DNA of 64,000 nucleotides from Candidatus Limnocylindria bacterium (GCA_035651155.1 DASRGG010000021.1:339752-403751), one strand, 5' to 3'. Counted from the first letter of the stretch, positions 32,280 to 42,142 are shown. Made by a program: numbers and translations. The notes: generated by a model not told the origin, from the letters alone.

Positions 32280-32983
32280 CTCATCCTCCGTCTCTGCGCG
32301 GTGCCGGCACTCTCCTCGAACACGAAGAGGCCGTCGCCTCTTCCCAAGAGGCGCGGCACGTCACCGATGCGTCGGGCGACGACGTCCGGCGGGGGGCCGT
32401 CGTACGCGTCGTCGGCGTATTTGCCCTGCAGCACGTGCACCGTGGTGACCCGCTCGGCCCAGTGCGACTTGACGCGTCCGAGGATCGCCGCCTTGTCATC
32501 GACGGCGACGTAGTGATCCGCCGGAAAGAGCCGCGCGACATCCCGCAGGTGCTCCTCCTTGTGCGCGAACACGAGGACGTTGCCGCGCACCGCGGCGGTC
32601 ACGCCGGAGCGCGCGATCTTCAGCGGCTGGAAGACCGGATCGCCGTCCGATAGCACCACCGGCGTGCCCGCGAGCCAGAGCGCGCCGAGCACCTCGACGG
32701 TCGCCGGATAGCGGACCTCGGCGTAGGGGAAATCGAGGATCGCGCGGTCCAGCGCGTCCGCCGGCGCGTCCGGGTAGCGCTCGTGGAAGCGCGAGAGCGT
32801 CTCGAGCGAGTCGACGTAGCCCAGCTCGCCACGCACCTCCTCGTACACGTCCCAGTACGCGCGCGAGGGCTCGGCGCCGAGGACCCGCGCGCTCGCCTCC
32901 GCGAGGCGCTCGCGCGCCAGATCGTTGTCGATGAGGGTGTTGTCGACGTCGAGGAGGAAGACGAGGCGCACCGCGGCGACCAT
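32276..32983 (-). CDS. HAD family hydrolase
   Basis: LLDVDNTLIDND (DxDxT motif I) and later SDGD/VDDK motifs; 235 aa. Confidence 0.7.
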   Translation of the reverse strand: MVAAVRLVFLLDVDNTLIDNDLARERLAEASARVLGAEPSRAYWDVYEEVRGELGYVDSLETLSRFHERYPDAPADALDRAILDFPYAEVRYPATVEVLGALWLAGTPVVLSDGDPVFQPLKIARSGVTAAVRGNVLVFAHKEEHLRDVARLFPADHYVAVDDKAAILGRVKSHWAERVTTVHVLQGKYADDAYDGPPPDVVARRIGDVPRLLGRGDGLFVFEESAGTAQRRRMR

Positions 32984-33083
32984 ACACCGCGGGGCGGGAC
33001 CGCGGACTATGCGGCTTCGGCCGGCGTCACCGTGATGGAGATGCGCTCGCCACGCCGCGCGAGCGTGACGATCGCGGGTGCGG

Positions 33084-33638
33084 TCAATTCAGCGGACCCT
33101 GCTGCCTGACCTGCCCGACCTTCGCGATCGCCTCGCGCAGCTCGCCGAGCCACTCCTTCTGGTTGCGCTCGACCAGACGCACGCACCACGCGAGCGCGTG
33201 CGCGCGGTTCCGCGCGACGCCGGCGTGGATGAGGGTGTCGAGCACCTCGCGCTCGGGCAGGCGCAGCCGCGTCATCACGGGCATCGCCAGATGCGTGAAC
33301 ATCTCCTGCGTGTCACCGATGCGGACGCCCCACGCGGTCTCGCGGCCGAAGCGGTTCCTCGCCTCGCCGGAGATGACGATGCGCTGGTCGCGCGTCTCCT
33401 CGCGGAACCGCTTGATGCGCCCGCCGCGCGCCGCCGCGAGCGCCTCCTTCGTCGCGCCCGTGCCGAGATCGACATCCGGCAACGTCCCGATGACCCAGAT
33501 CTCCTCGCGGTCCGCGCGCACCTCGGGGGTGCCGGTGAACCAGCCCTGCGGGATGCGTCCCGCGAACCATCCGACGATCTCTTCACGCTCGCTCACGCCT
33601 CGTCCTCCTCGTTCTCTACGCCGTACGATTACTGACAT
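33084..33638 (-). CDS. Hypothetical protein
   Basis: 184-aa ORF with protein-like composition (EEIVGWFAGRIPQGWFTGTPEV...). No family recognised. Start may be an internal GTG (VSEREEIV). Confidence 0.35.
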   Translation of the reverse strand: MSVIVRRRERGGRGVSEREEIVGWFAGRIPQGWFTGTPEVRADREEIWVIGTLPDVDLGTGATKEALAAARGGRIKRFREETRDQRIVISGEARNRFGRETAWGVRIGDTQEMFTHLAMPVMTRLRLPEREVLDTLIHAGVARNRAHALAWCVRLVERNQKEWLGELREAIAKVGQVRQQGPLN

Positions 33639-33706
33639 ACAAGATTACTGATATCGAAAATAGATGCAGCGGCCGCACCGGCGTCGCCCTGGTCTGCGCG
33701 GTCGCG

Positions 33707-34816
33707 GTGGCCTTCGGGCTCGCGTACGCCGACCACGCGCCGCTCATCCCGCTCGTCGCCGCGGACCTCGGCCTCGATGACCTGCGGGCCGGGCTGCTGT
33801 CGACGGCGCTCTTCCTGTCCTACCTCGTCACCACGCTCCTCGGCATCGCGCCGGCGGCGCGGCTTGGGCCACGCCGCTCGGTGTTCGTCGGATTGGCGCT
33901 CGCCACGACGGGAACGGCGCTCCTCGCCGTCGCGCCGGTGTACGGCGTCGCGCTCGCGGGGAAAGCCGTCCAGGGGATCGGCTCCGCGCTCGCGTTCGTG
34001 TCGGCGACGCGGTACATCGCCGGTCTTTACGGCGAGCGCCGCAGCCACTTCGCGCTCGGCCTGTACGGCGCGGGGTTCCCGCTGGGCAGCGCGCTCGCGC
34101 TCGCGGTGATGCCGACGCTCGCGGTGACGCTCGGCGGATGGCGCGAGGCCTTCGCGGCGGAGGCGATCCTCGTGGGCGGCGCGACGCTCGCGTGGACGTG
34201 GAGCCCACGCGTTCCATGGACGCCCGCGCCCGGCGACATGCGCGACGCGCTTCGCTGCGCGAACTGCTGGTGGACGAGCCTGCAGCACGCCGCCGGCTTC
34301 GGGCTCGCGCTCGCCTCGGGAACGTGGATCACCGTCTACCTGCTGCGCGAGTTCCAGCTGCCGCTGGCGCTCTCCGGCGTGCTCGGCTCGCTGCTGCTGG
34401 ACGTGGCGGTCGTCGCGCGGACGCTGGGCGGCTGGCTCGTGGCCCGCGAGCACGCGCCCTCGCGCCTGGTGATGCGCGCGGGTGACGCGTCGATCATCGC
34501 CGGAGTGGCGCTCCTCGCGCTACCCGGACGGCCGCTCGCCGTCGCCCTCGCCGGCGCGGTCCTCGTCGGCGTGGGCGTCGGCGTCCCGTACGCGGCGGTC
34601 TTCAACACCGCGGCCGCGTCGCTGCGCTCGGCGCCCGCCGCGGCGCAGGGGCTCGCGGCGATCGGCGGCACGGCCGGCGTGATGATCGGCGCGCCGATCA
34701 TGGGCCTCGCGGTCCAGACCTTCGGCTTCTCCGCCGCGTGGGCCGTGGTCGGCGGCGTCGCCGCGCTCGCGGGCGGCGCGACGTTCGTCATGCGCGGCGA
34801 GGAGGACCTCCCCTGA
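33707..34816 (+). CDS. MFS transporter
   Basis: 369 aa, ~10-12 predicted TM helices, MFS loop motif GIAPAARLGPRRSV (G-x-x-x-D/R-R-x-G-R-R); GTG start. Confidence 0.7.
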   Translation: MAFGLAYADHAPLIPLVAADLGLDDLRAGLLSTALFLSYLVTTLLGIAPAARLGPRRSVFVGLALATTGTALLAVAPVYGVALAGKAVQGIGSALAFVSATRYIAGLYGERRSHFALGLYGAGFPLGSALALAVMPTLAVTLGGWREAFAAEAILVGGATLAWTWSPRVPWTPAPGDMRDALRCANCWWTSLQHAAGFGLALASGTWITVYLLREFQLPLALSGVLGSLLLDVAVVARTLGGWLVAREHAPSRLVMRAGDASIIAGVALLALPGRPLAVALAGAVLVGVGVGVPYAAVFNTAAASLRSAPAAAQGLAAIGGTAGVMIGAPIMGLAVQTFGFSAAWAVVGGVAALAGGATFVMRGEEDLP

Positions 34817-34912
34817 GGCGCGAGAGCGCGCGGCGGCTCGCGGAGGCCGCACGCTCGCAACGTCTTGCTCCGTCCGGCGCGGGGCTGACCTCGCGTTCGC
34901 CGGCGTCAGGGC

Positions 34913-35881
34913 TCAGTCGAGCCGCGCGGCGCCGACCTCCTGCCTGATGCGCGCGACGGTGCCGTCCCGCTGCAGGCTCTCGAACGCGCGCACGACCTCG
35001 GGATCGAACTGCGCGCCGGCGCCGGAGGCGATGGCCGCCATGCCCTCCTCGAGGCTCCACGCGTCCTTGTACGGGCGCTTCGAGGTGAGCGCGTCGAACA
35101 CGTCCGCCACCGACACGATGCGCGCGGCGAGGCTGATCTCGCTCCCCTTCTTCCCGTCGGGGTAGCCCGTGCCGTCCCAGCGCTCGTGGTGCTCGCGCGC
35201 GATGGCGCGCGCGGTCTCGAAGAAGCGCGCGTCGCCGAGCATGACCTCGCCGTCGATGCAGTGCTGCTTGATGACCTCGAACTCCTCCGTCGAGAGGTGG
35301 TGCTCGCTCTGGAGGATGTGGTCGGGCGTGTGGATCTTGCCCACGTCGTGCATGACGCTCGAGTAGCCGAACTCCTCGATGAGCTCTTGGCGAAGTCCGA
35401 GCCGCTGCGCGATCGCCTCGACGTAGCGGCGGACGCGCAGCAGGTGCGCGCCGGTGGTCTGGTCCTTGAGCGTCGCCGCGAGCAGGAGATGGCTGATGCC
35501 TTGCAGGCCCGTGCGGCGCAGCTCCTCGTTCGCGATCCGCTCCTGCTCGAGCGCGTGCTCGAGCTGCGCGGCACGCTGGCGCTCGGTGCGGAGCATCTCC
35601 GCGAGGTCCTCCGCGTAGCGCGTCGTCTGGCGCTCCATGAGGCGCAGCTCCTTGAGCTTCGCCTCGTACTCGGCGCGGATCCGCTGCTCGCGGTGATAGA
35701 CCTCGGCGAAGTCCGCGGCCATGCGGACGGACTGCGCGTTCGCCTGGTCGGCGACGCGGATGGCCTGCTGGAGGAGCTGGCGGAACACCTCGCCCGCGAC
35801 GGTCTGCCCCTCCGGCGGGAGCGCGACGTTGGGAGAGACCTCCACGACCTCTATGGTCATGCGCTCCTCGTCATCAGGCAT
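34913..35881 (-). CDS. HD-GYP domain protein (cyclic-di-GMP phosphodiesterase family) with N-terminal coiled coil
   Basis: HD motifs HDVGKI and HHERWDGTGYP (HD-GYP signature); the N-terminal 150 aa are coiled-coil-like. Start overlaps the upstream receiver gene by 11 nt. Confidence 0.75.
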   Translation of the reverse strand: MPDDEERMTIEVVEVSPNVALPPEGQTVAGEVFRQLLQQAIRVADQANAQSVRMAADFAEVYHREQRIRAEYEAKLKELRLMERQTTRYAEDLAEMLRTERQRAAQLEHALEQERIANEELRRTGLQGISHLLLAATLKDQTTGAHLLRVRRYVEAIAQRLGLRQELIEEFGYSSVMHDVGKIHTPDHILQSEHHLSTEEFEVIKQHCIDGEVMLGDARFFETARAIAREHHERWDGTGYPDGKKGSEISLAARIVSVADVFDALTSKRPYKDAWSLEEGMAAIASGAGAQFDPEVVRAFESLQRDGTVARIRQEVGAARLD

Positions 35882-35888
35882 GCGTCTC

Positions 35889-36260
35889 TTATGAGTGCGT
35901 GAGGATCCCGCGGATCGTATCGATGAGCTCGAGCGGGCCGAACGGCTTCGTGAGGTACTGCGTCGCGCCGGCCGCGAACCCGAACGCACGGTCGCTCTCC
36001 GATTCGTGCGCCGTGAGCATGACGACGGGAATGTCCTTCGTCGCCTCCTCGGCCTTCAACGTCTTGCAGACCTCGAATCCGTTGGGTCCGGGGCCCATGT
36101 CGACGTCGAGCAGGATGAGGTCGGGCTTCGAGCTACGCGCGGTGTCGAGGGCCTCGGTCCCGTTCTTGGCCTCGAGGATGGTCCAGCCCTGCGTGGACAG
36201 CGTGATCCGCACCATCTGACGGATCGGCACGAGGTCGTCGGCGACGAGAAGTGTTGCCAT
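35889..36260 (-). CDS. Single-domain response regulator (CheY-like receiver)
   Basis: 123 aa; LLVADD, phospho-acceptor Asp in LILLDVDMGPG, conserved T (MLTAHES) and K (YLTKPF). Confidence 0.8.
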   Translation of the reverse strand: MATLLVADDLVPIRQMVRITLSTQGWTILEAKNGTEALDTARSSKPDLILLDVDMGPGPNGFEVCKTLKAEEATKDIPVVMLTAHESESDRAFGFAAGATQYLTKPFGPLELIDTIRGILTHS

Positions 36261-36319
36261 GGAGAGGGATGGTAGGCGCTCCGGTCATCGGTCCGACCCC
36301 CTGCAAGGGGGGTTCGAGC

Positions 36320-37042
36320 CTAGACGAGCGCCTTCCCCCTCGCGGGTGAGCGATCCCGCGACGGCGTTTCCAGCGTGATGAGCCCGAGCCTCGCCGCCTC
36401 GGCGACGGCCTCGAGCCGCGAGTGCGCGCCGAGCTTCCGGAGGACGGCCTGCACGTGCGCTCGCAGCGTGGCGGTCGAGATCCCGAGCAGCTGCGCTCCG
36501 ATGCTCGTGCTCGCGCCCCCGGCGAGGACGCGAAGGACGTCCAGCTCGCGCGCCGTGAGCGGCTCGTCGAGCGGCCGCTCGGCGCCGTCCATCACGAGCA
36601 ACCGCTGCAGCTCGCCCGGCGTGAAGAGGATCTCCCCCGCCGCGGCCGCGCGCACGGCCGCCACGACCTCGTCCAGCCCGCGGTCCTTCGTGAGGTGGCC
36701 GACCGCGCCCGAGCGCGCGACGTCGGCGAGCGTTGCGCCCGACGGATCGCCGGTGAGGACGAGGACGGCGACGCCGGGTGCGGTGCGGCGGAGCGTGCGC
36801 GCGACGTCGGCGCCGGTGCCGTCCGGCAGGTGGTAATCCGTGAGCGCGACCGCCGGCCGAAGGCGCGGTGCCGCCTCGAGCGCGCTCGCGACGTCTTGCA
36901 CGACGCCCGCGACCTCGATGTCCGGCGCGTTCGACAGCGCGACGCGCATGAGCTCGGCGAAGAGGCGCTCGTCGTCCACGACGAGGACGCGGAGCCTACG
37001 CTCGCTTCGCTCCCTCGACAGGGGCCCCTCCCCCTGGGTCAT
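36320..37042 (-). CDS. NarL/FixJ family response regulator (REC + LuxR HTH)
   Basis: RVLVVDDE, Asp in VALTDYHLPDG, and the C-terminal LuxR HTH LTARELDVLRVLAGGASTSIGAQLLGISTATLRAHVQAVLRKLG. Confidence 0.85.
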   Translation of the reverse strand: MTQGEGPLSRERSERRLRVLVVDDERLFAELMRVALSNAPDIEVAGVVQDVASALEAAPRLRPAVALTDYHLPDGTGADVARTLRRTAPGVAVLVLTGDPSGATLADVARSGAVGHLTKDRGLDEVVAAVRAAAAGEILFTPGELQRLLVMDGAERPLDEPLTARELDVLRVLAGGASTSIGAQLLGISTATLRAHVQAVLRKLGAHSRLEAVAEAARLGLITLETPSRDRSPARGKALV

Positions 37043-38343
37043 CGCATCCCCTCCGCCGACCGCACCTGGGCGGCGAGCGCTGCGACGACCGCGGGGTCGA
37101 GCTCGCCCTTCGTGACGGCGCCCTGGAGGATGCGTACGGCCTCCTGCTCCGAGACCTTCGCGCGGTCGGGACGGTCGACGAGCAGGGCCTCGAAGCGATC
37201 CGCCACGGTGACGACGCGCACCTCGAGCGGCAACCCGTCCGCCCGCTTGTGGTCCGGATAGCCGCCGCCGTCGAGCCGCTCGTGATGCCAGCGCACGATC
37301 GGGAGGATCGCGCGCAGCGGCGCGACGCCCTCGAGGATCTCCTCGCCCAGGATCGGATGACGCTCGACGAGCTCGCGCTCGCCGGACGTCAGCTCGCCCT
37401 GCTTCTGGACGAGGGCCGGCGGCAGTTTCGCGTTCCCGATATCGCGCAGCAGCGCGCCGAGACGGATCGTGCGGATCGCCTGCTCGTCGAGCCCGAGGAC
37501 CTGCGCAGCGGCGACGGCACGCGCCGCGACACGGTCCGAGTGGCCCACCGTCGAGCGGTCGCGGCTCTCGAGCGCGGTCGCGAGCGTGATGAGCGCGTCG
37601 GCCGCGGCGTCGAGGTCCCGATCGACGCGCCGCTCGCGCACCAGGAGACCGGCGACACGCGGGAGCTCGTCGTCGAGACGGGCCGCATCCGCGCCCGGCG
37701 CGACCCCGTCGCCGACGATCTCGAGGACGACCGTCTCCTCGTCCGCGAGATCGGCCGGCACCACCCCACCCGCGTCCAGGAGCACCAGATCCGCCGTCCG
37801 GCCGCCCTCCTCCGCCACGTCGAAGGTCCGAGCGAGCAGCGACTGGGCACGGCGCCGCCGCGCGGCGTCCGAGAGCGCGATCGCCGCGATCGGACGGGCG
37901 CGCCCGGGACGCGTCGAGGGAGGCTCGAGACGCGGCGGGCGTGCGCTGCGCGTCTGCTGCAGGACCACGTCGATGCGCGCCAGGAGCTCCGCCGCGTTCC
38001 AGGGCTTCGTGACGTAGTCCGCGGCGCCGCACGATAGACCGCGGACCTTGTCGACCACCTCGCCGCGCGCGGAGAGGAAGATCACCGGGATGTGCGCCGT
38101 GTTGCCGTCGCTCTTGATGCGGAGGCACACGTCGTAGCCATCGGTGTCCGGGAGCATCACGTCGAGCAGCACCAGGTCGGGCAGCACCTTCTTCACGAGC
38201 GCGAGGCCCTCGCCGCCGTCGCGACCGACCGCCACCGTCATCCCATTCGCCTCGAGACGGCGCTGCAGCACGTCGGCCGACGCGGGGTCGTCCTCGACGA
38301 CCACGACGCTCCTGGCGGGCCTGGCGTCCTTCGCGATGGTCAT
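37039..38343 (-). CDS. Response regulator with HD-GYP output domain (RpfG-like)
   Basis: N-terminal REC (VVVVEDDPASADV..., LVLLDVMLPDTDG, YVTKPW), then the HD-GYP domain (HSDRVAARAV..., HHERLDGGGYP). Confidence 0.8.
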   Translation of the reverse strand: MTIAKDARPARSVVVVEDDPASADVLQRRLEANGMTVAVGRDGGEGLALVKKVLPDLVLLDVMLPDTDGYDVCLRIKSDGNTAHIPVIFLSARGEVVDKVRGLSCGAADYVTKPWNAAELLARIDVVLQQTRSARPPRLEPPSTRPGRARPIAAIALSDAARRRRAQSLLARTFDVAEEGGRTADLVLLDAGGVVPADLADEETVVLEIVGDGVAPGADAARLDDELPRVAGLLVRERRVDRDLDAAADALITLATALESRDRSTVGHSDRVAARAVAAAQVLGLDEQAIRTIRLGALLRDIGNAKLPPALVQKQGELTSGERELVERHPILGEEILEGVAPLRAILPIVRWHHERLDGGGYPDHKRADGLPLEVRVVTVADRFEALLVDRPDRAKVSEQEAVRILQGAVTKGELDPAVVAALAAQVRSAEGMR

Positions 38344-39098
38344 GCCGTCGCCTCCCCGTCGCCGAGCAGATGACGCATCGCGATGACGTACTTCGACGGT
38401 CGCTCGTTCACCATGCGCTCGTGGATGTAGCCGTACAGCTCGTCCGCCCAGTGCGGTAGCTGGTCGAACCACTTGACCTCGATCACCACGCCAGGCTCGC
38501 GGCCGATGACCGGCCCGAGCTTGCACGGGATCGCCTCGTCCGAGTTCGCCTCCCAGGGCAGCGCGAGGTACATGAGGTTGTGGTCGGCGGTGATGCGCAC
38601 CGTACCGTCCGGCGCCGAATACGCGATGCGGTTGTACTGCGTCGCCACGACGGGACGCACGCCCGCCTGCACCAGCGCCGCGACGTTCGCCGCGAGCGGC
38701 CCGGGCTGCGTCTCCACGGACCGCTCGCCGCGGAGGTACGCGGGCACCTCCTTCGTGGGAACGCGATAGCGCTCCTTCGTCGACGCGCCCGGCGAGTCGT
38801 CCTTCATCTCCAGGAAGATCGACTCGCCGCTGAACGCGTCGTTCGGACGGGTGCGGTGGTATTCGCGCAGCCGGAGCTGGACCGCGTGCCCTTCCTTCTC
38901 CGCGCCCAGCACGCGGAAGTCGTACGTGTCGCAATACGTCGTGGTCGACCACTGGTACGGCCGGTCCTCGCGGTCGAGCGGCAGGTAGGCGCCGGCGGTG
39001 CGCAGCGCGAGACGGGCGACCGCTTCGTTCACGAGGAAGCGGTGCTCCTTGCGCGGCTCGTTCGCCGTCGACACGCGTGTCGTCGAGAGCGTCGTCAT
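38340..39098 (-). CDS. VTC domain-containing protein (polyphosphate polymerase-like CYTH/VTC fold)
   Basis: EHRFLVNEAVARLALRTAGAYLPLD...YQWSTTTYCDTYDF...LRLREYH matches the bacterial VTC-domain (PF09359) pattern. Family assigned from memory. Confidence 0.5.
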   Translation of the reverse strand: MTTLSTTRVSTANEPRKEHRFLVNEAVARLALRTAGAYLPLDREDRPYQWSTTTYCDTYDFRVLGAEKEGHAVQLRLREYHRTRPNDAFSGESIFLEMKDDSPGASTKERYRVPTKEVPAYLRGERSVETQPGPLAANVAALVQAGVRPVVATQYNRIAYSAPDGTVRITADHNLMYLALPWEANSDEAIPCKLGPVIGREPGVVIEVKWFDQLPHWADELYGYIHERMVNERPSKYVIAMRHLLGDGEATA

Positions 39099-39102
39099 CT
39101 CA

Positions 39103-40611
39103 TCACTCCGCCGAATCCACGGCCACGGCGAGGACCCCGCGCCGGGTGAGCGCGAGACGGGCGCCGTGCGCCACCTCGTCGGTCCCCTCCTCGGCCACGG
39201 CGCGTAGCAGCTCGGTGGGCACCGCGGCGCCATCGGCACGCAGCATCTCGACGGCGCTCCGCCGCATCGCGGCGTCCTCCGACGCGAGGTTCTGCGCGAT
39301 GCGCCGGCCGAACACGCGGCGCGTCTGCCACGTGGTGGCCACGTAGACCGCCGAGGAGCCCGCTCCTGCCGCGAGCAGCGCGGTCGTCGAGAGGTTCGCG
39401 ATGCCCAGGATGAGCGCGATCGCCGCGGCCATGTTGCCGATCGCGTTGACGCCGCCCGACAGGAACGCGCGGGCGCGCGGTCGGATCGCGGCCGCGATCT
39501 GGCTGTACACGAGCTCGGTCGCGGGCCGATGGATCGCCGGGATGACGATGCGCTCGCCGATCTGCAGCGCGATCACGGCAGGCAGCACGAGCCATGCGAC
39601 GTTCCCACCGTAGGCGTACGACGCGACGCCGTACGCGCCGACGTACCAGAGGGGCAGCGCGAACAGCACGCGGGCGACGCCGAAGCGGCGCACCAGCGGC
39701 GTCGTGATGAACGACTGGATCCCGAGGGCGACGAGCGACGAGCTCGTGTACACGGACGCGTACAGGATGCTGAAGACGTCCTCCTGCCCCACCTGCGTCG
39801 TCGCGGACGCGGAGGACTGGTCGAGGCCCACGAGGTACAGGAAGTTCGCGAACTGCATCAGGAAGTACCAGAAGAAGACGCCCAGGCCGAAGACGCGCAG
39901 CAGCCGATCGGCGCCGACCGTGCGATAGCCGTCGACGGAGTCGCGGAGGCTCTCGCGCAGGCCGCTGGGACGGCGGGCGATCTTCGCGTGGAGGCCCTCA
40001 CCCTCGGGCAGATCGCGGTACAGCACGATCGCGATGAGGCACACCGCGAAGCCGACCGCCTGGGCGCCGATGAAGTTCTCCGCGTGCACCAGCGGCGCGA
40101 TCCCCGCGCCGACGGCGCCGCCGAGGATCTTCCCCACCAGCACCGAGCCCGCGAAGAACGGGAAGAGGCGCTTCGACTGCTCGACGTCGTAGAGGTTCCC
40201 CGCGTACACCCAGAAGAGGATGTAGATCGTCTCCTTCACGCCGTGCGCGAAGATGTAGGAAATAGGCTGTATGGCTCCCGTCGCGCCGGACGAGATGGCC
40301 CACTGGATGAGCAGCGAGGAGACCGTCACGGACGCGACGTACCAGATGAGCATCGTGCGCCGGCGGACGCGGTCGACGAAATAGAAGATCAGGCCGGAGA
40401 CCGCGAGCATCACGATCGGCGTGACGATGTACATCTTCGGGATCTCGTTGACGCCGTAGCGCTTCACGAAGAGCGCGTCCGCGCCGAGCTTTCCCACCCA
40501 GTCCGCGGCCACCATGAGCGTCAGGACGCCGTACAGGAAGAGGCCGAGCTTCCACTCGCCGCGGCGCAGCGGCACGACGTCGACGAGGACCGTCCGCAGC
40601 CGCACGATCAC
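39103..40611 (-). CDS. Nucleotide-transporter-like (TLC/NTT family) 12-TM transporter with C-terminal HEAT-like repeats
   Basis: 502 aa; N-terminus LRRGEWKLGLFLYGVLTLMVAADWVGKLGADALFVKRYG resembles the ATP:ADP antiporter family start. The C-terminal 60 aa (AMRRSAVEMLRADGAAVPTELLRAVAEEG) look like HEAT repeats. Confidence 0.5.
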   Translation of the reverse strand: MIVRLRTVLVDVVPLRRGEWKLGLFLYGVLTLMVAADWVGKLGADALFVKRYGVNEIPKMYIVTPIVMLAVSGLIFYFVDRVRRRTMLIWYVASVTVSSLLIQWAISSGATGAIQPISYIFAHGVKETIYILFWVYAGNLYDVEQSKRLFPFFAGSVLVGKILGGAVGAGIAPLVHAENFIGAQAVGFAVCLIAIVLYRDLPEGEGLHAKIARRPSGLRESLRDSVDGYRTVGADRLLRVFGLGVFFWYFLMQFANFLYLVGLDQSSASATTQVGQEDVFSILYASVYTSSSLVALGIQSFITTPLVRRFGVARVLFALPLWYVGAYGVASYAYGGNVAWLVLPAVIALQIGERIVIPAIHRPATELVYSQIAAAIRPRARAFLSGGVNAIGNMAAAIALILGIANLSTTALLAAGAGSSAVYVATTWQTRRVFGRRIAQNLASEDAAMRRSAVEMLRADGAAVPTELLRAVAEEGTDEVAHGARLALTRRGVLAVAVDSAE

Positions 40612-42140
40612 GCTCGCGCGTCACGCGTGGGCATGGTCAGCTCGATGATCGCGCCCGCTTCGCCCGGGTTCGCGACCGCGATCGTGCCGCCGTGGAGCTC
40701 CACGGCGAGCTTGCAGAAGGCGAGTCCCAGGCCGGTGCCGCCGCGGCTGCGGCCGCCCGCGGTCTGATAGAAGCGGTCGAACACGTTGGCCGCTTCGACC
40801 GCCGGGATGCCCGGTCCGGTGTCGGATACGCGCACGACGATCCACCGCGGATCGGCTGCGGCGCGCGCGGTCACGCGCGCGCTGCCGCCGCTCGGCGTGT
40901 TCTTCACGGCGTTGGCGAGCAGGTTCGTGAGCACGCGCACCATGAGCGTCTCGTCCACGAACACCGCCGCGTCGCCGGTCTCGACCGACAGCGCGACGCC
41001 GCGGGCGCGCGCCTCGGCGGCGAGCTGCGCCACGCTCTTCTTCGCGAGCTCGTCGAGCCGGATCATGTGCTGGTCCGCTTCGAGGCGGCCCTCTTCCATC
41101 TTGTAGACGTCGAGTAGCGCGTTGACCATCCGCAGCAGCTCGGTGACGTTCGACTCCGACAGTCCGAGGAGCTCGCCGAACTCCGGGCGCGACGCGTCCA
41201 GCTGGCCAAGCCGGACGAGCTGCAGGAAGGCAACGAGGCTGTTCGCCAGGTTGCGGATGTCGTGGCCGAGCATGCCGATGAGCTCCTGCCGCGAGCGCTC
41301 GAGCGTGTGCAGCTGGGCGTTGCGCGCGCGTAGCTCGTCCTGGAGACGCTTCGTGAAGATCGCGCTGCGGACGCGCGCCGCGAGCTCGACCGGATCGATC
41401 GGCTTGGTGACGTAGTCCACCCCGCCGGCCTCGAAGCCCTTGGACAGGTCGTCGGCACGGTCCTTCGCGGTGACGAAGATGACCGGGATCGGCGCGGTGC
41501 GATCGTTCACCTTGAGCCGCCGGCAGGTGTCGTACCCGTCGATCCCCGGCATCATGACGTCGAGCAGGATCAAGTCCGGCAGCTCGCGCTCCGCCACGAC
41601 GAGCGCGTCCTCGCCATTCGTGGCGCGCAGGCTGTCGGCGCCGAGGGACTCGAGCCGGCGGACGAGGAGCTCGACGTTCGCGGGCTCGTCGTCGACGACG
41701 AGCACGCGACCGAGGCGCTCCGCCGGCGCCTTCGCGGCGCGCGCGCGCGTCCCCGCCCGCGCCTTCGCGGGACCGCCGTCATCGAGGAAGCGCGCGAGCA
41801 CCGCGCGCAGCTCCGAGGGCGCGTACGGCTTCGACACGAAGTCGTCGCACCCTGCCTCGATGGCGCGCGCCCGGTCCTGCGGCATCGCCAGGGCCGACAC
41901 CGCGATGATCGGGGTCGTCCGCGCCCACTCCTCCTCGCGGAGCGTCTTGGTCACGGTCCACCCGTCGATGCGCGGGAGGAGCAGGTCGACGAGGATGACG
42001 TCCGGATGCTGGGCACGGGCGGTCTCCAGCCCGGCCGCGCCATCGGTCGCGGCGAGCGGCTCGTGGCCGGCCGCGCGGATGATGCGCTGCGCGACGTCGA
42101 GGTTGTTCGCGTCGTCCTCGATGACGAGCACACGTGCCAC
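40608..42140 (-). CDS. Hybrid sensor histidine kinase with two N-terminal receiver domains
   Basis: REC1 (RVLVIEDD, ILVDLLLPRIDG, FVSKPY), REC2 (RVLVVDDE, LILLDVMMPGIDG, YVTKPI), HisKA H-box IGMLGHDIRNL and HATPase_c G-boxes (DTGPGIP, GGTGLGLA). GTG start 3 nt after the upstream stop. Confidence 0.8.
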   Translation of the reverse strand: MARVLVIEDDANNLDVAQRIIRAAGHEPLAATDGAAGLETARAQHPDVILVDLLLPRIDGWTVTKTLREEEWARTTPIIAVSALAMPQDRARAIEAGCDDFVSKPYAPSELRAVLARFLDDGGPAKARAGTRARAAKAPAERLGRVLVVDDEPANVELLVRRLESLGADSLRATNGEDALVVAERELPDLILLDVMMPGIDGYDTCRRLKVNDRTAPIPVIFVTAKDRADDLSKGFEAGGVDYVTKPIDPVELAARVRSAIFTKRLQDELRARNAQLHTLERSRQELIGMLGHDIRNLANSLVAFLQLVRLGQLDASRPEFGELLGLSESNVTELLRMVNALLDVYKMEEGRLEADQHMIRLDELAKKSVAQLAAEARARGVALSVETGDAAVFVDETLMVRVLTNLLANAVKNTPSGGSARVTARAAADPRWIVVRVSDTGPGIPAVEAANVFDRFYQTAGGRSRGGTGLGLAFCKLAVELHGGTIAVANPGEAGAIIELTMPTRDARA

Positions 42141-42142
42141 CG

